A stretch of 19,032 nt of DNA from the IMG/VR virus record IMGVR_UViG_2061766007_001949; one strand, 5' to 3'. Below, piece after piece: positions 1 to 9,413 of the stretch. The notes beneath the pieces were generated by a model. That model was not told the DNA's origin. It saw only the letters and a program-made list of their open reading frames with translations, and searched no databases. Numbering within the stretch: position 1 is the stretch's first letter; the number at the start of each line of letters is the position of its first letter. Source of the stretch: an uncultured virus (IMG/VR IMGVR_UViG_2061766007_001949) (taxonomy: Duplodnaviria > Heunggongvirae > Uroviricota > Caudoviricetes). Both the position numbers and the translations under genes were made by a program.

Positions 1-10
1 TGTATCAGAA

Positions 11-328
11 ATGGATAGGATTTTGGATATCCTGCAGGCGCTCGGCATCCCCTTTGCCTATGACCATTTTGCAGAGGGAGAATCTCCTGAGCCGCCTTTC
101 ATCTGTTACCTGCTCCCGGCCAGCGATAATTTTGCCGCCGATGGGCAGGTTTATTTCAAAGCGACGGAAGTCCACATCGAGCTCTACACCGATATCAAGG
201 ATGTGGGGCTTGAGGCAAGTGTCGAAACTGTGCTTGATGAGCGCAGCATTTTTTATGACAAAAGCGAGGTCTGGATAGAGAGTGAACGTCTCTACGAAGT
301 CCTCTACTCATTTGAAATGGAGGTTTGA
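11..328 (+). CDS. Putative tail terminator/tail-completion protein (105 aa)
   Basis: Small acidic ORF directly upstream of the major tail protein; size and position fit a siphophage tail terminator. Confidence 0.7.
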   Translation: MDRILDILQALGIPFAYDHFAEGESPEPPFICYLLPASDNFAADGQVYFKATEVHIELYTDIKDVGLEASVETVLDERSIFYDKSEVWIESERLYEVLYSFEMEV

Positions 329-331
329 GTC

Positions 332-935
332 ATGGGTAATAAAGTCAAATACAACCTGAAAAACGTTCATGCCGCTAAGCTCACGGAGACCGTGTCCAAA
401 GGCGTCACCACCTACACCTACGCGACCCCGCAGGCCATCCCCGGCGCGGTCAGCATCTCGCTGGATGCAGAGGGCGATTCTTCTCCGTTCTATGCCGATG
501 GCATCGTGTATTTCCGCTCCACTGCCAACAACGGCTATTCCGGCGACCTGGAAATCGCCCTCATCCCGGAGTGGTTCCGCACGGAAATTCTNNNNNNNNN
601 NTGAAACGGCGAAGTTCGCATTGCTCTTTGAGTTCGACGGCGATGTCCGCTGTATCCGCCATGTCCTTTATAACTGCTCCGCGTCCCGTCCGTCCATTGA
701 ATCCGAGACCAAGGAGGACACCATCGAGCCGGGTACGGAAACGCTGTCTCTGACGGCAGACCCGCGCAGCGACGGACTGGTGAAATCCCGTACCGGGGAC
801 AACACGGAGGATGCAACCTATCAGAATTGGTACAGCGCAGTCTACATTCCGGAGGAAGCTGACCTCGACCCGGAAAATCTCTCTATCGGCGATGTTTCCA
901 TCCCGCCCGACCCGAACAAGGGCGAGACTGCGTAA
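332..935 (+). CDS. Major tail (tube) protein, phi13-like family; one gene split by the gap at 592-601
   Basis: GGAGG SD upstream. N-terminal part [11 protein letters not shown]...PGAVSISLD...FYADG...[10 protein letters not shown] and post-gap part [10 protein letters not shown]...RHVLYNC...RPS are typical of this family. The frame change coincides with the gap. Confidence 0.88.
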
Positions 936-948
936 GGAGGGCTGAACC

Positions 949-1326
949 ATGCTTGAGAAAACTGTCAATATCAGCGGCAAGGAGGTCAAGTTCCGCTCTT
1001 CGGCCTCCGTGCCGCGCCTTTATCGCATCAAGTTCAAGCGGGACATCTTCAAAGACCTGTCCAAGCTGGAGAAATCCTATAAAGACCGTGGCGGCGAAGA
1101 TGGCTCCGCACTGGAAATCGACGACCTGGAGATTTTCGAGAATGTGGCCTATATCATGGCTTTTCATGCTGACCCCACCATCCCCGGCACCATTGACGAG
1201 TGGCTGGAGCAGTTTGAGATGTTCTCCATCTATCAGGTGCTGCCTGAAATCCTCGAACTCTGGGGCACCAATCTGGTCACGGATGTGGAGTCTAAAAAAA
1301 ACTTAGCCAGAGTAGCCGGGAACTGA
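949..1326 (+). CDS. Tail assembly chaperone, short (gpG-like) form, 125 aa
   Basis: AAGGAGG SD; lies between major tail and tape measure genes; ends S-K-K-N over an A8C run. Confidence 0.8.
   Translation: MLEKTVNISGKEVKFRSSASVPRLYRIKFKRDIFKDLSKLEKSYKDRGGEDGSALEIDDLEIFENVAYIMAFHADPTIPGTIDEWLEQFEMFSIYQVLPEILELWGTNLVTDVESKKNLARVAGN
1296..1302 (+). other. Probable -1 ribosomal frameshift slippery heptamer A-AAA-AAC
   Basis: tct aaa aaa aac in the chaperone frame fits X XXY YYZ; the -1 frame stays open to the TAA at 1485-1487. Confidence 0.8.
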
Positions 1327-1487
1327 CCACTCCGCTCTTCCTCCTGCGCTGCGTAGAACTCGGTATTTCCATCGCCGACCTCGACCTGCTCACGATTGGT
1401 CTCGTGCTGGATATGTGGACGGAGAAAGGCAACGACAGCGTGAGATACCAGAAGGTCGCTGGACAGGAGGAATTTGACCGGTTCTAA
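1299..1487 (+). CDS. Frameshift extension of the tail chaperone (gpT-like); fusion 949..1487 is about 179 aa. Absent from the ORF track
   Basis: The -1 frame reads KLSQSSRELTTPLFLLRCVELGISIADLDLLTIGLVLDMWTEKGNDSVRYQKVAGQEEFDRF* and fills the space up to the tape-measure SD. It has no ATG with an SD near its beginning. Confidence 0.78.
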   Translation, partial: KLSQSSRELTTPLFLLRCVELGISIADLDLLTIGLVLDMWTEKGNDSVRYQKVAGQEEFDRF

Positions 1488-1505
1488 GGAAGGAGGGTCA
1501 CCACC

Positions 1506-4018
1506 GTGGCAAGNNNNNNNNNNNNNNNNNNNNNNNNNNNNNNNNNNNNNNNNNNNNNNNNNNNNNNNNNNNNNNTGCCACTGGGGACGATTTGGAGGCC
1601 CTGCGGGATAAGGCCCGTGAAATGGGCTCCAAGACAAAATTCTCTGCTTCCGAGGCTGCTTCCGCGATGGAGTACATGGCGATGGCCGGTTGGAAGACCG
1701 GAGATATGCTGGGCGGCATCGAGGGCATCATGAACCTCGCTGCTGCTTCTGGCGAAGACCTCGCTACCACCTCAGACATCGTAACGGATGCTCTGACCGC
1801 CTTCGGTCTTTCCGCTGAGGACTCCGGGCACTTTGCAGACATCCTTGCGGCGGCCTCCAGCAATGCCAACACCAACGTCTCCATGATGGGCGAGACCTTC
1901 AAATACTGTGCGCCCATCGCCGGTGCGCTCGGCTTCTCCGCTGAGGACACCGCCGAGGCAATCGGCCTGATGGCCAATGCCGGTATCAAGTCCACGCAGG
2001 CCGGTACCGCGCTTCGTACCATCATGAACAATCTGACCGGAGAAGTAAAGATTTCCGGTAAAGCCATCGGAGACGTCACCATCGCCACTACCAATGCGGA
2101 CGGCTCCATGCGCGACCTCTCCGATATCCTCGCTGATTGTCGCACGGCGTTCTCCGGTCTATCTGAATCCGAGAAGGCGCAGGCAGCAGAGACTCTCGTG
2201 GGCAAGAACGCCATGTCTGGCTTCCTCGCCCTGATGAACGCTGCCCCGGAGGATATCGACAAGCTCTCCAATGCCATCGACAACTGCGACGGCACAGCGG
2301 AATCTATGGCGGCGACCATGCAGGACAACCTTGCCGGTCAGCTGACCATCCTGAAATCCCAGCTGGAGGAGCTTGCCATCTCCTTTGGTGAAATCCTGAT
2401 GCCTGCCATCCGGAGCATCGTCAGCCATATTCAGGGCTTTATCGATAAGCTCAACGGCATGGATGAAAGCCAGAAAAAGGCCATCATCACCATTGGCCTT
2501 GTAGTTGCCGCCATCGGCCCGCTCCTTGTTATCATCGGCACGGTCATCTCCAAAGTCGGCGTAGCCATGCAGGGCTTCGTGAAGCTGGCCGGTGCGTTCA
2601 ATAAAATCAAGGCCGCTGCCAGCGCCGGAACCGGCATCTTCGGAAAGCTGGGTGCTGCCATCGGCGGCGTTTCCGCACCGGTTCTGGCAGTGGTCGCCGT
2701 GATTGCCGTCCTTGTGGCGGCTTTTGTGCATCTGTGGAATACCAACGAGGGCTTCCGGGAGGCCATCCTTGGCACCTGGGAGAAGATAAAGACCACTGTG
2801 TCGAACTTTGTCGAAGGCATCCGGGAGCGGCTGGCTGCCCTTGGCATCAGCTTTTCCGACATCGCCGAGACAATAACAGCCATCTGGAATGGCCTGTGCG
2901 CTGTACTGGCTCCTATCTTTGAAGGAGCCTTTAATGCTATTGCCAATGTTCTTCAGACGGTGCTTGGCGTTATCACTGGCATCCTTGATGTGTTCATCGG
3001 CCTGTTCACCGGGAATTGGGAGCAGGTCTGGACAGGCGTGAAGGAGATATTCTCCTCCATCTGGGAGGGCATCAAGGGCGCATTCCAGAACGCCATCGAC
3101 ACTATTCGCGGCATCGCGGATGCGGTTCTCGGCTGGTTTGGTACCAGCTGGAATGACGTGTGGTCGAGCGTGAAAGCCTTCTTCGAGGGGATTTGGAACG
3201 GCATCGCATCCTTCTTCTCTGGTATCTGGAACGGCATCCAGAACACTGTGACCACAGTGCTGAACGCCATCAAGTCTGTCATTACGACGGTCTGGAATGC
3301 CATAAAGACTACCATCACCACCGTTCTGAACGGCATCAAGACTACGGTCACTTCCGTATGGAACGCCATCAAGAGCACCGTGGCATCTGTGCTGGATGGC
3401 ATCAAATCCACCGTCAGCAGTGTCTGGAACGGGATAAAATCCACGATTTCCTCTGTGGTGGAGGGAATCAAGAGTACCGTAAGCTCTGCCTTCAATGCTG
3501 TGAAGAGCACGGCGACCAGCATTTGGAACAGTATCAAGACCGCCATCGAAACGCCTATCAATGCCGCCAGAGATGCCGTGAAGGGTGCCATCGATAAAAT
3601 CAAATCTTTCTTCAATTTCTCTTGGAGCCTGCCCAAGCTGAAGCTGCCGCACCTCTCGATTACCGGGTCTTTCTCCATCGCACCTCCATCTGTACCGCAT
3701 TTCTCCATTAGCTGGTACAAGAAGGGCGGCATCATGACGAGCCCGACGCTTTTCGGCATCAACGGCTCCAGCCTTATGGCGGGTGGCGAGGCAGGCCCGG
3801 AGGCGATTCTGCCTTTGAAGGGCTTCTATGACCAGCTGTCGGCTCTGCTCGACCAGAAGCTCAACACCAGCGGCATGGAGAAGTATCTCGCCATCATTGC
3901 AGATAACAGCTCCAAGGGAATCTATCTGGAGGACGGCACCCTTGTGGGGCATCTGCTCCCGGCAATCGACAGCGGTCTTGGCAAGGCGCAGAAACTGAAC
4001 AGGAGGCTGAGCTATTGA
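1506..4018 (+). CDS. Tail tape measure protein (TP901-like core); N-terminal part lost in the gap at 1514-1575
   Basis: GTG start after AGGAGGG; TKFSASEAASAMEYMAMAGW core; hydrophobic central segments; W/F-periodic 11-aa repeats (SVWNAIKSTVA); C-terminal WYKKGGIMT...GGEAGPEAILPL. Confidence 0.95.
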
Positions 4019-4665
4019 AACCTGATATCCTAATAGATTCTGTCTCCATGAATGCTCTGGGCTGGCTTCGGGAGACAGTCAATTTTCCAACTCCGCAAAG
4101 CCAGTCCGACACCGTCATCGTTCCGGGCAGGAATTCGCCCATCCGCTTCACCGAGGCGCTGGGCCGGGTGTCCTACCAACCGCGCTCCTTTGAACTGACA
4201 TTTTCCATGCTCGGCACCCGTGCTGCCTTCAACCAGATGGTCAATGAGATTGCAAACCGCTTCTCAGGCCATCTGGTACAGGTCATCTGCAGCGAGGAAC
4301 CGGAGCTTTTTATTGTCGGGACTGTGGAAGCCGCTCCGACTTACGACCCTCTGACAGCAAAAGGCCAGCTGGTGCTTTCCTGCACAGATGGAGACGCCTA
4401 TCGATACCACGTGTCCGAAACTGTGGTCACGATTTCCGGTTCGGGCACAGTCGCGCTGGAAAATGACTATATGCCGGTCGTGCCGACCATTACTACAACG
4501 GCTGAGACTACCCTGAACTGGCAGGTCGGCGGTGACACCTTCCGAAAAACAGTCAGCGCAGGCGTCTGGGAGTTCCCGGAGCTGGAGCTCTTGCAGGGGA
4601 CGAACACGGTGAGCGTATCCGGCACCGGTACCACGACATTCCGCTACCGGGAGGGATGTCTATGA
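4015..4665 (+). CDS. Distal tail protein (Dit)-like, 216 aa
   Basis: TTG start overlaps the tape-measure stop with AGGAGG upstream; VPGRN motif; LLQGTNTVSV C-terminus; canonical position after the tape measure gene. Confidence 0.8.
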   Translation: MKPDILIDSVSMNALGWLRETVNFPTPQSQSDTVIVPGRNSPIRFTEALGRVSYQPRSFELTFSMLGTRAAFNQMVNEIANRFSGHLVQVICSEEPELFIVGTVEAAPTYDPLTAKGQLVLSCTDGDAYRYHVSETVVTISGSGTVALENDYMPVVPTITTTAETTLNWQVGGDTFRKTVSAGVWEFPELELLQGTNTVSVSGTGTTTFRYREGCL

Positions 4666-4854
4666 GCCTGTTTCGTGTATTTGTGGACGGCGCGGTGTTC
4701 TATCACCCCNNNNNNNNNNTCCGGAGCTGGAGCTCCTGCAGGGAACGAACACGGTGAGCGTATCCGGCACCGGCACCACGACATTCCGCTACCGGGAGGG
4801 ATGCCTATGAGCCTGTTTCGTGTATTTGTGGACGGCGCGGTGTTCTATCACCCC
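4576..4854. repeat. Gap-flanking duplication 4576-4709 / 4721-4854 (assembly artifact, two haplotypes)
   Basis: 134-bp copies either side of 10 N, with four internal differences, all synonymous in Dit (ttg/ctg, ggg/gga, ggt/ggc, tgt/tgc). Confidence 0.9.
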
Positions 4855-6645
4855 AGCCTCTCCAAGCTGGCCATCACGGAGGCGAGGATTTCTGAGGATG
4901 CAGAGAGCATTGACAGCCTGACGTTATCCGCTCCCCATAATCATCCGTACCTTGCCAGTATCAAACCGATGCAGTCGGTCATCATCTGCAAGAAAAATGA
5001 TGAGACGGTCTTCGAGGGCCGCGCTCTGGATGACGGCTCTGATTTTTACAACACCCATACCTGGACATGCGAGTCCTGCCTTTCCTATCTGAAGGACACC
5101 GTGCAGCCGCCTTATTCCTACAAGGGGACGCTGCGTGGACTGCTGGAGTATTTTATTTCCGTCCACAATGGGGCCGTAGAGGACAAGAAGAAGTTCACGG
5201 TCGGCAATGTGACGGTGACCGACGACAACGACTATATCTCCTACAGCAGCTCCGGCTTCACCGTCACGTTGGACGCTATCCGGGACAAGCTCANNNNNNN
5301 NNNCGAGAGCATCGACAGCCTGACGTTATCCGCTCCCCATAACCATCCGTACCTTTCCAGTATCAAGCCAATGCAGTCGGTCATCGTCTGCAAGAAAAAT
5401 GATGAGACGGTCTTCGAGGGCCGCGCTCTGGACGACGGCTCCGATTTTTACAACACCCATACCTGGACATGCGAGTCCTGCCTTGCCTATCTGAAGGACA
5501 CCGTGCAGCCGCCTTATTCCTATAAGGGGACGCTGCGTGGACTGCTGGAGTATTTCATCTCTGTTCACAATGGAGCCGTAGAGGATAAGAAGAAGTTCAC
5601 GGTCGGCAATGTGACGGTGACAGATGACAACGACTATATCTCCTACAGCAGTTCCGGCTTCACTGTCACTCTGGATGCCATCCGGGACAAGCTCATCAAG
5701 ACCCACGGCGGGTATCTGCGGGTGCGCTATACCGACAACGGAAAAGTGCTCGATTACCTTGCAGACTTCAGCACGCACTCCCTGCAAACGGTGGAGTTCG
5801 GCAAAAACCTGCTGGATGTAAAAATCAGCCGCGACCACACGGGACGGGCCTCTGCGCTCATCCCTCTGGGAGCCCTGATAAAAGAAACAGATGCAGAAGG
5901 TCAGGAGATGGAGACCAACCGGCGCGTGGATATCACCTCCGTCAACGACGGGAAGAACTACGTCTGCGACGAGGATGCTGTTTCCGAAATCGGCTGGATT
6001 TGGACGAGCGAGATTTGGGAGGATGTGACCCTGCCCGGAAATCTGCTCCGTAAGGCAAAAGCCCGGATGCAGGAGCTGGCCAAAGGCGTCACCAGCATGG
6101 AGCTCACCATTGTGGATGAGTCGGATGCCGGTGCGGACATTGGGGACATTCGGGCGCGGATGTATGTCCGCTGTATATCCAAGCCCCACGGCATTGACGG
6201 CACTTACCTCTGCCTCAGCCGGACAGTGGATTATCTGAATCCTGCGGGCAACACCATCACGATTGGTGCCAGCGGCATCACACTTTCTTCAGCGTCTGCA
6301 AGGCAAGACCAGAATATCAGCGACTTGTCTGATGAGCTCGTCGGTGTGACCGGTGAGATTAAGACCATCAACGAACAGAAGATGTACCGCACCGAGACCT
6401 ATGTGGACGGCGTGAACATCTTCCGGGACAAGGGCCAGCACAGCATCCTGCGCTGCCGCGTGTTTTCATGGGATAAGGAAATCACAGAGCTGCTGGATGC
6501 TTCCTCATTCGTCTGGCACAGGAATTCCGGCGATGAGGCGGCAGACGCAGATTGGGATGCGTCCCATGTCGGCATGAAATACATCACAGTCACCACCGAG
6601 GATGTTCAGGACAACGCATCCTTTTACTGTGAAATCACCATATAG
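4807..6645 (+). CDS. Tal/baseplate hub-like tail protein (prophage tail endopeptidase family); about 478 aa after removing the artifactual duplication
   Basis: ATG overlaps the Dit stop (4662 in copy 1, 4807 in copy 2). FEGR...CESCLAYLKDT, HGGYLRVR, VEFGKNLLD, ALIPLG motifs; position after Dit. Confidence 0.8.
   Translation: MSLFRVFVDGAVFYHPSLSKLAITEARISEDAESIDSLTLSAPHNHPYLASIKPMQSVIICKKNDETVFEGRALDDGSDFYNTHTWTCESCLSYLKDTVQPPYSYKGTLRGLLEYFISVHNGAVEDKKKFTVGNVTVTDDNDYISYSSSGFTVTLDAIRDKLXXXXESIDSLTLSAPHNHPYLSSIKPMQSVIVCKKNDETVFEGRALDDGSDFYNTHTWTCESCLAYLKDTVQPPYSYKGTLRGLLEYFISVHNGAVEDKKKFTVGNVTVTDDNDYISYSSSGFTVTLDAIRDKLIKTHGGYLRVRYTDNGKVLDYLADFSTHSLQTVEFGKNLLDVKISRDHTGRASALIPLGALIKETDAEGQEMETNRRVDITSVNDGKNYVCDEDAVSEIGWIWTSEIWEDVTLPGNLLRKAKARMQELAKGVTSMELTIVDESDAGADIGDIRARMYVRCISKPHGIDGTYLCLSRTVDYLNPAGNTITIGASGITLSSASARQDQNISDLSDELVGVTGEIKTINEQKMYRTETYVDGVNIFRDKGQHSILRCRVFSWDKEITELLDASSFVWHRNSGDEAADADWDASHVGMKYITVTTEDVQDNASFYCEITI
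4903..5695. repeat. Gap-flanking duplication 4903-5293 / 5305-5695 (assembly artifact)
   Basis: 391-bp copies offset by 402 bp around the gap at 5294-5303; mostly third-position changes plus three conservative substitutions (A/S, I/V, S/A). Confidence 0.9.
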
Positions 6646-6656
6646 GAGGACATCGA

Positions 6657-8768
6657 ATGCCTACGATTCTGACTTCCAGCCAGCAGACGTTCGTAGATAT
6701 CACAGACCAGCGGAAGCTCTCCGCCTATATCACTTCCAATCTGCCGAAGACGCAGAGCGAAGACCCGAACGTGCTGCCGCACACCTATGCGCCCAGCTGG
6801 GCCACGATCCATCTTGTCCTGACTCCGGTCATCTTTCTCGACCAGACCTCCATCGCTTTGGATGCTACGGGCCTGACCATCTTGTGGAAGCGAAAGGACG
6901 GAGCCAGCGCCGAGACTGCTCTGACCACCGGTGAAGCAGCTTCTGCCGGTATCCTGACGGTCAGCCAGAACAAGCTGGCCGCTTCCGGCTCCGGCATGAT
7001 TACCTACATCTGCTATATCAGCTACTACGATTCCGAGACAAAGAACACGGTCAACATCTCCGCTGACATCACCTACACGCTGGTGAAGAATGCGGAAAAT
7101 GCCCGCCTCGCCTATGTCACCTCGGATACCTACGTTTTCAAATACAATACCGAAGGCACCATCGTCGGCGCTACCCAAGCTACGCTGACCGGCCAGGTGC
7201 AGGCCGTCACCATCAGCAAGTGGCAGTACAAGAACAGCTCCGGCAATTGGGCTGATTATCCCACCACCTCTGACAACACCAGCATTACCGGTGGTACCCT
7301 TGTCGTAAAGCCTTCTCACGCAGTCTTTACGAACAACGTAGCGCAAATCAAGCTCCTGACCAACGATTCTGACGTCTATGACACCGTGACCATCACGAAA
7401 ATCTACGATGGAGCCAAGGGCGAATCCGGTGGCTCCGGCCCCGGTGGATTGTCCGTCGTAGTCGGGAACGAGGCACAGGTAATCGCCTGCGCTTCTGGCG
7501 GCACGGTTTCCGCTGCCACCAACGTCACCATCCCGTTTACCGCCTTTCGCGGCATCGAGCAAGTGGCCTGTACCTGTGAGGTCGGAACCATGGCCACGGG
7601 CATCACGGTGAAAAGCAATACTCCGGCCACGGCTACAGCCGCAGGCTCGGTGGTGCTCACGTTCGCCAAGAGCGCGAACCTTGGCGGCACTTCTGTTCTC
7701 ACTGGCATAGTACCGCTCACGTTCACTGTTGATGGGATTACGGTCACGAAGAACTTCACATGGACAAAGGGCAAGGCTGGAGCTACTGGCACGGCTGCGG
7801 TCGTCTTTTCGATTTACGCACCGAATGGAACCATCGTGCAAAACCAGAGCGGCTCTCTGCTGCTGGCGACCTCGGCCTATTCCGGTGCGACTGCCATCAC
7901 CACCGGCACCTACCAATGGGCGAAGTACACCGGAGGCGAGTGGGTCAACATCAGCGGAGCCACAGAAGCGACTCTGACTGTATCCGGTTCGGAAATCATA
8001 AACATCCAGTCCTACCGCTGCACCATGACCTACAGCAGCAAAAACTACGTGGACGTCATCACGGTGGAGGATAAATCCGACCCGTATGTATCCGAAATGC
8101 TCTCCATCGGTGGCTTCACGGTCAAGAACAACCTCGGCGGCCTGGTGCCCTATGTCATCGTCCGTACCAATCAGAGGGAGGTCGACCCGCTCCTGGGCAA
8201 CATCTCGGAGACTGCGCCATCTTCTCCGAGCACCGGCGATTTCTGGTATCAGGTCGACCACACGGCAAAGACCGTCACGCTGANNNNNNNNNNCTCGGAA
8301 ATCGTAAACATCCAGTCCTACCGTTGCACGATGACCTACAGCAGCAAAAACTATGTGGATGTCATCACGGTAGAGGACAAATCCGACCCGTATGTGTCCG
8401 AAATGCTCTCCATCGGTGGCTTCACGGTCAAGAACAACCTCGGCGGTCTGGTGCCCTATGTCATCGTCCGTACCAACCAGCGGGAGGTCGACCCGCTCCT
8501 GGGCAATATTTCCGAGACTGCGCCATCTTCTCCGACCAGCGGCGATTTCTGGTATCAGGTCGACCACACGGCAAAGACCGTCACGCTGATGAAGTACAAC
8601 GGCTCGGCGTGGAAATCGGCCACAGAGTCACAGGAGCTGACCTATACCTGGTATGCACAGGATAAGGACGGCAACGCGGTGGCTTTCGATAAGAGTGGAA
8701 AAGTCATTTATCTCTCCGCTGCCGACATCGACAGCCTGATGACGCTGCAGTGTGACGTTTCCAACTGA
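6657..8768 (+). CDS. Minor tail/fibre protein with tandem beta-rich (Ig-like) modules and short Gly-rich linkers; about 601 aa after removing the duplication
   Basis: GGAGG SD; Thr/Ser/Gly-rich; recurring W...Y/F-x-C modules (YQWAK...YRCTM, YTWY...LQCDV); linkers DGAKGESG and KGKAGATG. Confidence 0.7.
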   Translation: MPTILTSSQQTFVDITDQRKLSAYITSNLPKTQSEDPNVLPHTYAPSWATIHLVLTPVIFLDQTSIALDATGLTILWKRKDGASAETALTTGEAASAGILTVSQNKLAASGSGMITYICYISYYDSETKNTVNISADITYTLVKNAENARLAYVTSDTYVFKYNTEGTIVGATQATLTGQVQAVTISKWQYKNSSGNWADYPTTSDNTSITGGTLVVKPSHAVFTNNVAQIKLLTNDSDVYDTVTITKIYDGAKGESGGSGPGGLSVVVGNEAQVIACASGGTVSAATNVTIPFTAFRGIEQVACTCEVGTMATGITVKSNTPATATAAGSVVLTFAKSANLGGTSVLTGIVPLTFTVDGITVTKNFTWTKGKAGATGTAAVVFSIYAPNGTIVQNQSGSLLLATSAYSGATAITTGTYQWAKYTGGEWVNISGATEATLTVSGSEIINIQSYRCTMTYSSKNYVDVITVEDKSDPYVSEMLSIGGFTVKNNLGGLVPYVIVRTNQREVDPLLGNISETAPSSPSTGDFWYQVDHTAKTVTLXXXXSEIVNIQSYRCTMTYSSKNYVDVITVEDKSDPYVSEMLSIGGFTVKNNLGGLVPYVIVRTNQREVDPLLGNISETAPSSPTSGDFWYQVDHTAKTVTLMKYNGSAWKSATESQELTYTWYAQDKDGNAVAFDKSGKVIYLSAADIDSLMTLQCDVSN
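7989..8589. repeat. Gap-flanking duplication 7989-8283 / 8295-8589 (assembly artifact)
   Basis: 295-bp copies offset by 306 bp around the gap at 8284-8293; the last 50 bp are identical. Confidence 0.9.
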
Positions 8769-8780
8769 GGAGGTGGTCTC

Positions 8781-9399
8781 ATGGCTCTTTTGACCGTCTG
8801 CCAGCACACCTTCCAGAACGTCACCGCTTACGAGGAGGCGGTCGAGGATGTTGCCGCTCTGAAGGTCAATGTGCAGGAATGCTACACCGAAATCACCAAG
8901 ACCTCGGAGCAGATACAGTCCTCCGTCCGGGAAACCTACATCTCAAAGTCGGAAATGGAGACGATACAGCAGGATTTCCAGACATCCATCACGGAGAGCA
9001 GCACAGAAATCCGCATGGACTTTCAATCTTCTCTGGATGTGGTCTCCGGGCAGGTTTCCGAGAATCAGGCGCTGCTGGAGGAATACATCCGTTTCAGGGG
9101 CGCTCTCATCGAGCTCGGCAAGGTGGGCAATGCCTTCACAGCCGAGCTGTCTAACGAACAGCTGGCCTTCAAAGAAAACGGCCAGACCATCGCATACATT
9201 TCAAACCAGTCACTGGTCATCACCAATGCGGAGATTCGCAACAANNNNNNNNNNGTACATTTCAAACCAGTCACTGGTCATCACCAATGCGGAGATTCGC
9301 AACAAGCTCTCCCTTGGAAATGAAGACCGTGGCTGGTTTGATTTTATCCCAAGAACATCCGGCAACCTCTCCATCGTCTGGAGAGCCCCGGCATCTTAA
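8781..9399 (+). CDS. Minor tail protein with coiled-coil N-terminus; one gene of about 185 aa, with an artifactual frameshift
   Basis: GGAGG SD. A 50-bp duplication (9195-9244 / 9256-9305) around the gap at 9245-9254 adds 61 bp; removing it gives a continuous frame ending ...ITNAEIRNKLSLGNEDRGWFDFIPRTSGNLSIVWRAPAS. Confidence 0.75.
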
Positions 9400-9413
9400 G
9401 GAGGTGACGGCAC

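Noticed and set aside
1..10. tgtatca at the window start as another copy of the att box
   Set aside because: Only 7 bp match, it is cut by the window edge, and it lies inside the structural operon; compatible with chance.
332..935. Programmed frameshift or pseudogenisation in the major tail gene, and likewise in 8781-9399
   Set aside because: Both frame changes fall exactly at N-gaps whose length is arbitrary.
3130..3540. 33-bp periodic sequence in the tape measure gene as a separate repeat element
   Set aside because: It is the ordinary 11-residue W/F periodicity of tape measure proteins.
2159..3952. 597-aa minus-strand ORF, and similar long antisense ORFs at 5326-6189, 6624-8567, 11981-12982 and 13950-15014
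   Set aside because: They are antisense shadows of well-supported + strand genes, expected from GC-rich codon usage; no recognisable motifs.
4675..4806. N-terminal extension of Tal given by the ORF track (start 4675)
   Set aside because: It is an out-of-frame reading through the gap and the duplicated Dit end; the real start is the ATG overlapping the Dit stop.
4903..8589. Near-identical repeats in tail genes as diversity-generating retroelement template/variable repeats or a tail-fibre shufflon
   Set aside because: Each pair straddles a 10-N gap, differences are mostly synonymous and not adenine-specific, the same pattern occurs in the recombinase genes, and no reverse transcriptase or inverted cassettes are present in the window.
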